A stretch of 64,000 nucleotides of DNA, taken from positions 64,001 through 128,000 of the forward strand of contig CAWEPK010000009.1 in NCBI GenBank assembly GCA_963810935.1, read 5' to 3'. Positions 18,732-29,608 of the stretch are shown here, one piece after another. This DNA is from an uncultured delta proteobacterium. GTDB taxonomy: Bacteria > Desulfobacterota > Syntrophorhabdia > Syntrophorhabdales > WCHB1-27. The notes beneath the pieces are model-generated. The model ran no database searches and was not told the origin of the DNA. It worked only from the letters and a program-made list of their open reading frames with translations. Numbering within the stretch: the stretch's first letter is position 1; each line of letters begins with the position of its first letter. Both the position numbers and the translations under genes were made by a program.

Positions 18732-21218
18732 TTAGGACGTCGCCAGCTTCTTTTCCGTCTTTGCCGGCTCGCTTATCGCATCGTTGCCTATCCTCATTCC
18801 GTAGAAGGAACGGTAAATGAAGACTAGCGCCACGACGAAGAAGATACAGGCTATCGTAGTCTTGAGCACCTGCGAATGCATCGTAACTGCGATCTCCGTC
18901 GCCAGCAAGCCGAAGAGCGTCGTGAACTTGATTACGGGGTTCATGGAGACCGAAGAGGTGTCCTTGAAGGGGTCGCCCACCGTGTCGCCCACGACCGTCG
19001 CCTCGTGGAGCGGCGTATTCTTTTCTTTAAGGTCTACCTCGACGATCTTCTTGGCGTTGTCCCATGCCCCGCCGGCGTTCGCCATGAAGATGGCCTGGAA
19101 CAGGCCGAAGAAGGCGATGCCGATGAGATAGCCGATGAAGAAGTACGGGTTGAAGAACGCAAGGGACAGGGCCATGAAGAAGATAACGATGAAGATGTTT
19201 ATCATGCCCTTCTGGGCGTACTGCGTGCAGATTTTGACGACTTCCTTGCTGTCTTTGATCGATGCCGTCTTGCTGTCGAGCTTTATGTTCTCTTTGATGT
19301 AGACTACGGCCCTGTAGGCGCCCGTCACAACGGCCTGCGTCGCTGCGCCCGTAAACCAGTAGATAACCGCGCCGCCCATGAGCAGGCCGAGGACGATCTC
19401 AGGCTGCACCAGCGAGAGCTTGGCCACGGCCCCGCCGAAGATCCTCTCCAGCAGGATAATGATGCCGAAGACCATTGTCGTCGCGCCGACGACCGCCGTG
19501 CCGATCAGCACCGGCTTCGCCGTCGCCTTGAAGGTGTTGCCCGCACCGTCTGCCTCTTCCAGGTAGTCCTTGCCGTTCTCGAAATCCGGCTCGAAGCCGA
19601 ACTGTGCCTTTATCTCTGCTTTGATGTTGGGGACGCTCTCAATCTGTGAGAGCTCATAGACGGACTGGGCGTTGTCGGATACCGGCCCGAAGCTGTCTAC
19701 CGCGATAGTGACAGGACCCATCCCGAGGAAGCCGAAGGCCACGAGGCCGAAGGCGAAGACGGGGGCCGCAAAGGCGAATTCTTTCGGCATAAGCGCCTGT
19801 ATCGACGGGTTCATCGAGACGAGATAGCCGATGAGCATGAGCACGATGATGGTCAGGCCTTCCCAGAAGGCGGACATGTTGCCCGCGACAAAACCTGACA
19901 GGATGTCGAGCGATGCGCCGCCCTGGCGTGCACTTGCCACGACTTCCTGGACGTGGCGCGAGCTAGTGCTCGTGAAGGCCTTCGTAAATTCCGGGATCAG
20001 GGCGCCGGCAACGGTACCGCAACTGATGATGATGGCAAGGGCCCACCAGAGAGACGCGTATTTAGGATCGGGCAGGCTGCCGAGCAAAACGTAGCTCGCC
20101 ACGAAAGTCACTATTATCGAGATGGCCGAGGTTATCCAGACCAGGTTGGTGAGCGGCTGCTCGAAGCTGAACTTTTTCTTGTCACCGTACACCGCATTTG
20201 TGATGACTACATTGATGAAGTACGAGACGAGGGAGGTGAGGATCATCAGGATACGCATGGCGAATATCCAGATGATGAGCGTCCCGGCCATAATCGGGTT
20301 GAGCGCCAGGGCCAGGGCGAGGAAGGCAATAAGGGCGACGCCCGTAACGCCGTAAGTCTCGAAGCCATCGGCGGTCGGCCCGACGCTGTCGCCCGCGTTG
20401 TCGCCCGTGCAGTCGGCGATGACGCCCGGGTTCTTCGGGTCGTCCTCAGGCAGGTGGAAGACTATTTTCATTAGGTCGGAGCCGATGTCTGCGATTTTCG
20501 TGAAGATGCCGCCGCAGATACGCAGTGCGCTTGCACCGAGGGACTCACCTATCGCGAACCCTATGAAAGACGGGCCGACAAGGTCCTTCGGGAGAAAAAT
20601 AAGAATGCAAATCATAAAGAAAAGCTCAACGCTCACTAGGAGCAAGCCTACGCTCATGCCGGAGCGCAGCGGGATCGCGACGACGTTGATGGGCTTACCG
20701 TAAAGCGAAGCGAAGGCCGTACGGGAATTTGCGCGCGTGTTGATCCTCATGCCGAACCAGGCCACGCCGTACGAGCCGAGGATGCCCAGGACCGAGCAAA
20801 AGAGGATGATGACGATGTTCCCGAAGGACGCGCCCTGGAGCCCACCGAAATAGTAGGTCATGCAGATGGCTATTAGCAACCACAGGATAACGAGGAACTT
20901 GCCCTGTTGGGCGAGGTAGGATTTGCACGTCTCCCATATGATGTCCGATACGTTGAGCATCGAGCTGTGGGCGGGCAGGTTCTTCGTCTGGTTCGACTGG
21001 ACGAGAGCGAAGATAAGGCCCAGGACACAGACGATCAGACCGAAGTACATGATATGTATGCCGTTCAACGCGGCGCCAGCCACATTGAAGCTGACGTTGG
21101 ACAGGTTGGGCAATACGATGTCTGCCTCGCCGGCAAGTGCGGGTGCCGCACAGAGAAGAACCGGAAAACAGAAGGCAAGCAATGCGGGTAGTGCTCTAAA
21201 TGCTTTTCCGAACCCCAT
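18732..21218 (-). CDS. hppA: membrane-bound ion-translocating pyrophosphatase, K+-independent signature
   Basis: GGIFTKIADIGSDL, EDDPKNPGVIADCTGDNAGD, DSFGPVSDNA, GNTFKA, GGAWDNAKK, GDTVGDPFKDT. Confidence 0.93.
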   Translation of the reverse strand: MGFGKAFRALPALLAFCFPVLLCAAPALAGEADIVLPNLSNVSFNVAGAALNGIHIMYFGLIVCVLGLIFALVQSNQTKNLPAHSSMLNVSDIIWETCKSYLAQQGKFLVILWLLIAICMTYYFGGLQGASFGNIVIILFCSVLGILGSYGVAWFGMRINTRANSRTAFASLYGKPINVVAIPLRSGMSVGLLLVSVELFFMICILIFLPKDLVGPSFIGFAIGESLGASALRICGGIFTKIADIGSDLMKIVFHLPEDDPKNPGVIADCTGDNAGDSVGPTADGFETYGVTGVALIAFLALALALNPIMAGTLIIWIFAMRILMILTSLVSYFINVVITNAVYGDKKKFSFEQPLTNLVWITSAISIIVTFVASYVLLGSLPDPKYASLWWALAIIISCGTVAGALIPEFTKAFTSTSSRHVQEVVASARQGGASLDILSGFVAGNMSAFWEGLTIIVLMLIGYLVSMNPSIQALMPKEFAFAAPVFAFGLVAFGFLGMGPVTIAVDSFGPVSDNAQSVYELSQIESVPNIKAEIKAQFGFEPDFENGKDYLEEADGAGNTFKATAKPVLIGTAVVGATTMVFGIIILLERIFGGAVAKLSLVQPEIVLGLLMGGAVIYWFTGAATQAVVTGAYRAVVYIKENIKLDSKTASIKDSKEVVKICTQYAQKGMINIFIVIFFMALSLAFFNPYFFIGYLIGIAFFGLFQAIFMANAGGAWDNAKKIVEVDLKEKNTPLHEATVVGDTVGDPFKDTSSVSMNPVIKFTTLFGLLATEIAVTMHSQVLKTTIACIFFVVALVFIYRSFYGMRIGNDAISEPAKTEKKLATS

Positions 21219-21484
21219 CTCACTCCTCCTCACAAAAATTTTAGATGCAGGAAAGCCCATGATAAGGGCGATCCATAATATAACTACCGGAAAGCGGCCT
21301 TACGTAAATCCTTGTTGATCTCTTCGGGCGCTCGGGCATTTACGGTCCCGACCGTCGCTGCCCGGGTCAGGTGCGAACCACGCGGGCCTGACGCCGCGAA
21401 TGCGTCACGCCGCGCCCTGATGCGGGGGTGATCCTTCGGCTTCTGGTAGCCGAAACGCCGAAAAGCGGTCGTCTATCTAATACG

Positions 21485-21895
21485 TCACGCCTGTGTTTTC
21501 GACGCCGTGGTTATCCTTGCCATGGCGCGCCGCAGATCTTTCTGGAGGGTCTCATACTCCTCCTGCTCGAAGGTGAGTCCCTTCAAAGCGGTCTCTGCCC
21601 TTTCTCTCGCCCTGTGCGCCCGCGCCAGGTCTATCTCTTCCCCGAACTCAGCGGTATCCAGGAGTAGAAGCACCTTGTCGTCCCTGACTTCCGCAAAACC
21701 GCCGCTCGTAGCAACAAAACGGGTCCTGCCCCCGATCGAGAAGCGCACTTCGCCGTGGTCGAGCGTCGAAAGAAAGGGGACGTGGCCGGGAAGCACACCG
21801 AACTCGCCCGCCGCACCCGGCGCCTCTACGATATCCGCATCCTCACGCACCAGCAGTTTCTCAGGTGTGATGATCTCCAGATGGAGCTTCTCCAT
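21485..21895 (-). CDS. atpC: ATP synthase F1 epsilon
   Basis: LEIITPE, GEFGVLPGH, SGGFAEV; operon position. Confidence 0.95.
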   Translation of the reverse strand: MEKLHLEIITPEKLLVREDADIVEAPGAAGEFGVLPGHVPFLSTLDHGEVRFSIGGRTRFVATSGGFAEVRDDKVLLLLDTAEFGEEIDLARAHRARERAETALKGLTFEQEEYETLQKDLRRAMARITTASKTQA

Positions 21896-21898
21896 TGA

Positions 21899-23312
<1,414 letters not shown>

Positions 23313-23322
23313 GTTGCCTCCT

Positions 23323-24186
23323 TTAGCTGCTCTGCAGCGCCTCGGCGCCGCCTACGATATCCATCATCTCACTGGTGATGCTCTGCTGCCGCGTCTTGTT
23401 GTAGACGAGCGTCAGATGGTCGATCATGTCACGGCTGTTGTTCGTCGCGTTCTCCATAGCCGCCATTCGGGACGCGTGCTCCGACGTCTGCGACTCGATG
23501 AGGGCGTAAAAGATTTTAGTGAGTACGTAATGCGGGATGAAGCGGACGAGTATCGACTCCATGTCCGGCTCGTAGAGGTATTCCATCTCGTCGCCGGTTG
23601 TTTCCGCCGGTTTCAGGGGCAGGAATTCCTCGAACCTCACTTCCTGCTTTATGGCGGATTGGAAGTGCGTATAGATGAGGTAGACCTTGTCGTACTCCCC
23701 TCTCAAATAGAGGTCCGTGAGGTCGTCAGCCATCATGCCCGCTATCTCGGACCCGGCGGTCTTCACTTCGAGCCATTCTTTCTCCGTCTCGATCTTCCGC
23801 CGCCTGAGATAGTCCCTGATCTTCCTCCCAACGAGATAGACGCCTATCTTCTCGTAGTGCGACTTTTCCGAAACGACAAAGCGCTCGACGGCCGACGCCA
23901 CATTAATGTTGAAGGCGCCGGACAGGCCGCGGTCGGAAGCTATGGGGAAGAGAAGGACTCTCTTGACCTCGTCACGCTCGCCGATCAGGGGATGCGCCCC
24001 TTCCGGGATGCGGCCCGCGAGCCTCGAAAGAAGCCCTTCGGCCGCGACGGCATACGCGGTCACTTTCTCAAGCTCTTCCTGGGCGCGCCGGAGCTTTGAG
24101 GCGGAGATCATCCGCATCGTCCGCGTGATCGTCTGCGTGCTCGTTATACTATTGATCTTCCTCTTTACGTCGCGAAGGGTCGCCAT
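23323..24186 (-). CDS. atpG: ATP synthase F1 gamma
   Basis: ITRTMRMISASK, SDRGLSG, SEHASRMAAMENAT, RQQSITSE. Confidence 0.96.
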   Translation of the reverse strand: MATLRDVKRKINSITSTQTITRTMRMISASKLRRAQEELEKVTAYAVAAEGLLSRLAGRIPEGAHPLIGERDEVKRVLLFPIASDRGLSGAFNINVASAVERFVVSEKSHYEKIGVYLVGRKIRDYLRRRKIETEKEWLEVKTAGSEIAGMMADDLTDLYLRGEYDKVYLIYTHFQSAIKQEVRFEEFLPLKPAETTGDEMEYLYEPDMESILVRFIPHYVLTKIFYALIESQTSEHASRMAAMENATNNSRDMIDHLTLVYNKTRQQSITSEMMDIVGGAEALQSS

Positions 24187-24187
24187 G

Positions 24188-25697
24188 TTACGCCTTAAAA
24201 CGCTCCTTGAATGCGTCGAGGGCCTTGTTCAGGGCGCCCTCTATGCTTTCGTCGATCGCTTTCTTCTCACGCACGGCGGTGAATATCTCCGCGTGCTCCT
24301 TTTCCATATAGGCAAGCATCTCTTGTTCGTAGCGCGGTATGGCCGCCTCCGTGTAGATGTCCGTGAAGCCGTTCGTACCCGCATACAGGAGCACTACCTG
24401 CTTCTCCACGGGGTACGGCGAATAGAGGCCCTGCTTCAGCAACACCTGCAGGCGCGCGCCCCTTGAGAGAAGAGCCTGCGTGGATTTGTCCAGGTCGCTG
24501 CCGAATTTCGCAAAGGCCGCCATCTCCCTGTACTGGGCCAGGTCGATCCGGAGGCGTCCCGCCACCTGCTTCATTGCTTTTGTCTGCGCGTTGCCGCCGA
24601 CGCGGGAAACGGAAAGGCCCACGTTGATGGCCGGCCTGTTGCCTGAGTAGAAAAGCTCGGGCTCGAGGTAAATCTGGCCGTCGGTGATGGAGATAACGTT
24701 GGTGGGGATATAGGCGGAGACGTCGCCCGCCTGGGTCTCGATGATCGGCAGGGCGGTCAGAGAGCCGCCGCCGTGCGCGTCGTCCCACTTAGCCGCCCGC
24801 TCCAGGAGCCTTGAATGCAGGTAGAAAATGTCGCCGGGATACGCCTCCCTGGCCGGCGGCCTCCTGAGAAGCAATGAGAGCCTGCCTGTAAGCGACAGCA
24901 TGCTTTGACAGGTCGTCGTAAGCGATCATGGCGTGGCGCCCGGTGTCCCTGAAATACTCGCCCATCGACGTCCCTGCGAAGGGGGCCAGGTACTGAAGGG
25001 GTGCGGTGTCGCTTGCGGTCGCCGCGACGACGGTCGTATATTCCATTGCGCCGTTAGCCGTGAGCACGTCCACGATCCTTGCAACAGACGACCTCTTCTG
25101 GCCGATAGCAACGTAGATGCAAAAGACGTCCTTCCCTTTCTGGTTGAGAATCGTATCGATGACGATGGCCGTTTTGCCCGTGCCCCTGTCGCCGATTATC
25201 AGCTCGCGCTGTCCCCTGCCGATAGGGATCATTGCATCGATGGCTTTGATGCCCGTCTGGAGCGGCTCCTTCACCGGCTGCCTTACCACGACGCCCGGCG
25301 CCCTCTGCTCGACGTTTCTGTACTCCGTGGCCTCGATGGGGCCTTTGCCGTCAAGGGGGACCCCAAGGGCATCGACTACGCGCCCGACGAGACCCTCGCC
25401 GACCGGGACCTGGGCTATTCTGTTCGTCCGCTTGACGAGGTCGCCTTCCTTGATCTCCGTGTAGTCGCCGAAGATGACGGCGCCTATGTTGTCTTCCTCA
25501 AGGTTGAGAACCATGCCGGTGACGTTGTGAGGGAATTCGACCAACTCGCCGGAAACGGCGTTTTCCAGGCCATATATCCTTGCGATGCCGTCGCCGACTG
25601 AGATAACGGCGCCCGTCTCCTGGAGATCGATCTCGCGCTCGAAGCCCGATATCTTCTGCTCTATAATCCTGCTTATCTCATCTGCCTTGACTGCCAT
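24188..25697 (-). CDS. atpA: ATP synthase F1 alpha; +1 frameshift at 24881-24882 (probable sequencing error)
   Basis: [24 protein letters not shown] then [16 protein letters not shown] in shifted frame. Confidence 0.95.
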
Positions 25698-25700
25698 CGT

Positions 25701-26243
25701 TTACTCCTCCATCATCCGTTCGCTCAGAAGCTCGAGCTGTCTTTTGACGCTGCCGTCGATCCTCAGCCCGCCCACGACCACCTTGACGCCTCCGATGAGG
25801 CCCGGGTCCTCCTCGATCTTCGACTCCACCGTTTTACCCAGCCGGTCCGCAAGGGCCGATTCGATCTTTTGCTTCACACCGTCAGGGACCGGATAGGCCG
25901 AATAGCATGTTCCCTTTGCCTTCCCTTCCTTCTCGTCGACCATGTCATCGAAGGCATTGCATATGAGAGGCAGATAATTCATCCGGTGCCTTTCGAGAAG
26001 GAGGGCCAGGAGCGCTGCAACCGGGGACGCGACCCCGACTGCGGCGACAAGCGAGGTGAGAAGCTCCTTTCGCTTGGCCATCTCTATCAATGGGAGCATC
26101 AGCGCCTTCTCAATCCTGGGGTCGGAAGAGACGACCTTCAAAACCTGCCCCATCTGCTCCATGTATTCCCTGTATTTCCCGTCCTTTTCACCAACGGCAA
26201 AAAGGGCCTTGGCGTAGCGCCTGGCTATCGACTGGCGTATCAA
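25701..26243 (-). CDS. atpH: ATP synthase F1 delta
   Basis: IARRYAKALF, LIGG..IDGSVKRQL. Confidence 0.93.
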   Translation of the reverse strand: MIRQSIARRYAKALFAVGEKDGKYREYMEQMGQVLKVVSSDPRIEKALMLPLIEMAKRKELLTSLVAAVGVASPVAALLALLLERHRMNYLPLICNAFDDMVDEKEGKAKGTCYSAYPVPDGVKQKIESALADRLGKTVESKIEEDPGLIGGVKVVVGGLRIDGSVKRQLELLSERMMEE

Positions 26244-26740
26244 TTCGAGCTCCTGACCTTATCGATGAATTCTTCGACCATCCGGTCGTGGTCGGCCTTT
26301 CCGAACGACGCGCGCACCTTATCTTCGGCCGCTTTCACGGTCCTTTGAGCGATTTCCGCCCGGACGCGCGTCATTGTCTCTCTTATCTCCTGCTCGTAGG
26401 CAAGGCGCGCCTGGTCCCTTATGCGGGCGGCCAGAGCGGATGCCTCATCGAGCACCTTCTTCTTCTCTCTTTCCATCTCTTCCAAAACGGACTTGTGAAA
26501 GGAATCGATCTCAGCGCCGAGGCCCGCGAGGCGCCCTTCGTAGAGCTTTTTGGCTTCCTCTGCCTCGCTTATGAGCTTTTCCGCCTCATCGATCTTCTCC
26601 CTGACCGCCAGGCTCCGCTTTTGCAGGAAGTCGGCCAGCGGTTTCTTCAGGAAGTAGACCAGCGCGAAGACAAGGGCCCCGAAGTTTATAAACTGAATAA
26701 CAAGCGTCAGCCACAGAGGAAGGTCTTTGCCGAGTCCCAT
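26240..26740 (-). CDS. atpF: ATP synthase F0 subunit b
   Basis: QFINF TM segment then coiled coil. Confidence 0.88.
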   Translation of the reverse strand: MGLGKDLPLWLTLVIQFINFGALVFALVYFLKKPLADFLQKRSLAVREKIDEAEKLISEAEEAKKLYEGRLAGLGAEIDSFHKSVLEEMEREKKKVLDEASALAARIRDQARLAYEQEIRETMTRVRAEIAQRTVKAAEDKVRASFGKADHDRMVEEFIDKVRSSN

Positions 26741-27165
26741 CAGGCGCTCCTTCCGGTGATCTTTGTTGCGATCTCCAGCGCAAGGCGGTCGGATTCGCCG
26801 ATGAGGGCGTCAAGCGTCTTCCTGCCTTCCGTCTTCACCGATTCCCTGACCTTGGCCAGCTCCTCGGCAAGCTCTTTCCTGGCCTCTTCTATAATTTTCA
26901 TCGAAGCTGCGTGCGCCCCCTTTAGCTCTGCCTCTTTCTCCGCCAGTATGGGGAGCCTTTTCTCTTCGAGCTTCCCTGTATATGCGCCGGAGAGGCTTTC
27001 TGCCTCGCTTTTCTTCCCTTCGGCCTTATCGGCAAGCTCCGTTATCGCGGAGCGCCTTTTGGCAAGATGGTTGAGGATGGGTTTAAAAAGGAATACCTTG
27101 AGGAGAATCAAAAGTACAAGTAGTTGAAAAAATTGAACAAAAAGCGTGTAGTCCGGACTTATCAT
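26740..27165 (-). CDS. atpF: ATP synthase F0 subunit b'
   Basis: TLFVQ..LFKPI TM segment then coiled coil; first gene of operon. Confidence 0.85.
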   Translation of the reverse strand: MISPDYTLFVQFFQLLVLLILLKVFLFKPILNHLAKRRSAITELADKAEGKKSEAESLSGAYTGKLEEKRLPILAEKEAELKGAHAASMKIIEEARKELAEELAKVRESVKTEGRKTLDALIGESDRLALEIATKITGRSA

Positions 27166-27262
27166 CTTAGGCTATCCCCCTGTACTCCGTCCCCCGATGG
27201 TCTGGTTGTGAAATTCTTAACACGGATCGCGGAGCATTTTCAACTTATTTTCGAATTATTTA

Positions 27263-28078
27263 TTATTGCGTCTCGACAGCCAGACACTCCAGCAGCCGAT
27301 CGAGGTCTTCCCTCGAAAAAAATTCTATTATAATCCGACCCTTATTTCTCTTGAAGGTAACCTGCACCTTCGTCTTGAGCGCCTCCCGCAGAATTTCCTC
27401 CGCATGGAGGAAGGGCGACGGCTTGGCGGTCGGGGCCGCTTTTCTCACCTGTTCCAGCTCCCGCACCGAGAGACGTTCGTCGAGCGCCTTCGCCACGTAT
27501 CTCTTCTGTTCCTGCTCGCTGGAGAGGGTTATCAGCGTCCTGCCGTGCCCCTGGGTCAGCTTGCCGGCCGCAAGCAGGTCCTGTATCCATTGCGGCAGCT
27601 TGAGGAGCCTGATGTAGTTTGTAACCGAGCTCCTCTCGATCCCAACCTTCTTCGCAAGCTCTTCGTGGGTGTAGCCGAACTCCTCGACGAACCTGTGGTA
27701 AACGTTCGCTATCTCCACAGCGTTCAGGTCCTCCCTCTGCACGTTCTCGATCATTGCAAGCTCCAGGGCCTCCCGGTCGTCCACTTCCCTGACGATTGCA
27801 GGGACCTCTTTCAGCCCCGCCATTTTCGCCGCGCGGAAGCGGCGCTCGCCTGCGATGATCTCATATGCGCCCTCTTTCCTCCTGACGAGGATAGGCTGCA
27901 AGAGGCCTTTTTCCTGGATGGAGGCTGCCAGCTCCTGGAGCGATTCCTGCTTCATCTCCACCCTGGGCTGGTTCGGGTTCACCAATATCTGCTGTACGGA
28001 GATAGCGTGAGCGTTGCCTTCATCCACGTCTCTCAGTATCGCAGAGAGCCCCCTGCCCAGCGGGTCTTTCTTATGCAT
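27263..28078 (-). CDS. parB: chromosome partitioning protein ParB
   Basis: LGRGLSAIL, NPNQPR, AGERRFRA, ENVQREDL. Confidence 0.96.
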   Translation of the reverse strand: MHKKDPLGRGLSAILRDVDEGNAHAISVQQILVNPNQPRVEMKQESLQELAASIQEKGLLQPILVRRKEGAYEIIAGERRFRAAKMAGLKEVPAIVREVDDREALELAMIENVQREDLNAVEIANVYHRFVEEFGYTHEELAKKVGIERSSVTNYIRLLKLPQWIQDLLAAGKLTQGHGRTLITLSSEQEQKRYVAKALDERLSVRELEQVRKAAPTAKPSPFLHAEEILREALKTKVQVTFKRNKGRIIIEFFSREDLDRLLECLAVETQ

Positions 28079-28843
28079 TTATCCTCCGTCGCCCGATATT
28101 TCAGCAGCCAGCTCCAGATAGCTTTCGGCGCCTTTCGATGCCGCGTCGTACAGGACCACGGGCTTGCCGTAGCTCGGCGCCTCGCTCAGGCGCACGTTCC
28201 TCGGTATCACGGTCTGAAAGACCTTGCTCCCCAGGTGCCTGCGCGCCTCTTCCATGACCCGGAAGGATAGATTGTTCCGCTTGTCGAACATGGTAAGGAG
28301 CACCCCGAGGATCTCCAAGTCCGGGTTAAGCCTCTTCTTAATGACCGAGATCGTTTTCAACAGAAGGACGAGCCCTTCCAGGGCATAATATTCGCACTGA
28401 AGAGGTACCAGGACGAAGTCGGAGGCGGCAAGCGCGTTCACCGTAAGGAGGCCGAGCGACGGGGGACAGTCTATGAACGTATAATCGTAATTTTCACGGA
28501 TGCCGGCCGCGGCCTTCTTGAGCACCATCTCCCGCTCGTCCATTTCGAGCAGTTCTATCTCCGCCCCGATCATGTCGGGATGGCCGGGCGCAAGGTCGAG
28601 CATGGGGAGGGCCGTTTTCACTATGACCCGGTCCATGGGGCATTCGCCTATCATGGCGCGATAAAGGTTCTCCTTCAGCTTCCCGTAAGAGATGCCTACC
28701 CCGCTCGTCGCATTGCACTGCGGGTCCATGTCCACAAGGAGCGTCCGGTGCTCGGCGACGGCCACCGAGGCCGCGAGGTTTATCGCGGTGGTCGTCTTCC
28801 CAACGCCGCCTTTTTGGTTGGCGATCGCTACAATTTTACCCAT
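28079..28843 (-). CDS. parA: chromosome partitioning ATPase ParA/Soj
   Basis: NQKGGVGKTT, DCPPSLG, QCEYYALEG, IPRNVRLSEAPS. Confidence 0.96.
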   Translation of the reverse strand: MGKIVAIANQKGGVGKTTTAINLAASVAVAEHRTLLVDMDPQCNATSGVGISYGKLKENLYRAMIGECPMDRVIVKTALPMLDLAPGHPDMIGAEIELLEMDEREMVLKKAAAGIRENYDYTFIDCPPSLGLLTVNALAASDFVLVPLQCEYYALEGLVLLLKTISVIKKRLNPDLEILGVLLTMFDKRNNLSFRVMEEARRHLGSKVFQTVIPRNVRLSEAPSYGKPVVLYDAASKGAESYLELAAEISGDGG

Positions 28844-28873
28844 AGACGAGATAGATTAGCACAAACGATCTTG

Positions 28874-29509
28874 CTATGGAACTTTTTTGTAAACGAAAAG
28901 CCGGTACGCCGGGCTATGGCCCGGTAAGCTGTATATCTCGTCCTTCTCCAACGTAAAACCCGCGTGATCGGTAGGTTTTTCGTCCTTGCCCCGGACGAGG
29001 AAGGCCCTGCCGCCCCCGGCAAGGTGCCTCCCCCCTTTATCGAGCACCTCGGCTGCAGGGCCGAACGCCTTGGCGACGAGGAGATCGGTGGAGAGTGGGC
29101 TTATATCTTCTGCCCTGCCGTGGACGACCTGAAGGCCTTTGAGGCCGAGAAGGCGTTTAATATGGCGCTGGAAGAGGACCTTCTTGAATGTTTTATCGAC
29201 TGAATAAATGTCTCTCCCGGGGTCCAGTACGGCCAGGGGGATGGCGACTACGCCGGAGCCCGAGCCCAGGTCGAGGAGGGAGCCGGCCCCCGGCAGGCGG
29301 GACCGGATAAAAAAAGCGTCGTAGAGGAGGCCCTCTACGATCCGGCCGCCCCCTTTAAGACCGACCAGGTTCATCGTCCGGCCCCACCGCTCCAGCTCGT
29401 CGATATAGTACGCGAGGAGCGACACGGTCTCTTCGCTGCCTTCGATGCCGAAGGCGGCAAGGCCTTTTGCGATCAAATCACGCGGTCTTTGGGCGGCCTG
29501 TCCGGTCAA
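28874..29509 (-). CDS. rsmG: 16S rRNA m7G527 methyltransferase RsmG (GidB)
   Basis: MNLVG, LDLGSGSG, GRAED, AKAF; adjacent to parA; TTG start after GGAGG. Confidence 0.85.
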   Translation of the reverse strand: MTGQAAQRPRDLIAKGLAAFGIEGSEETVSLLAYYIDELERWGRTMNLVGLKGGGRIVEGLLYDAFFIRSRLPGAGSLLDLGSGSGVVAIPLAVLDPGRDIYSVDKTFKKVLFQRHIKRLLGLKGLQVVHGRAEDISPLSTDLLVAKAFGPAAEVLDKGGRHLAGGGRAFLVRGKDEKPTDHAGFTLEKDEIYSLPGHSPAYRLFVYKKVP

Positions 29510-29608
29510 GATACCTCCCGTAATGATTAACCTTAAGGAGGGGTGGACCTTGCCCCCTCGCGATATTAAAGTTAGCATAAATCTATTGTTTCTGTTATAG
29601 TAAACCCG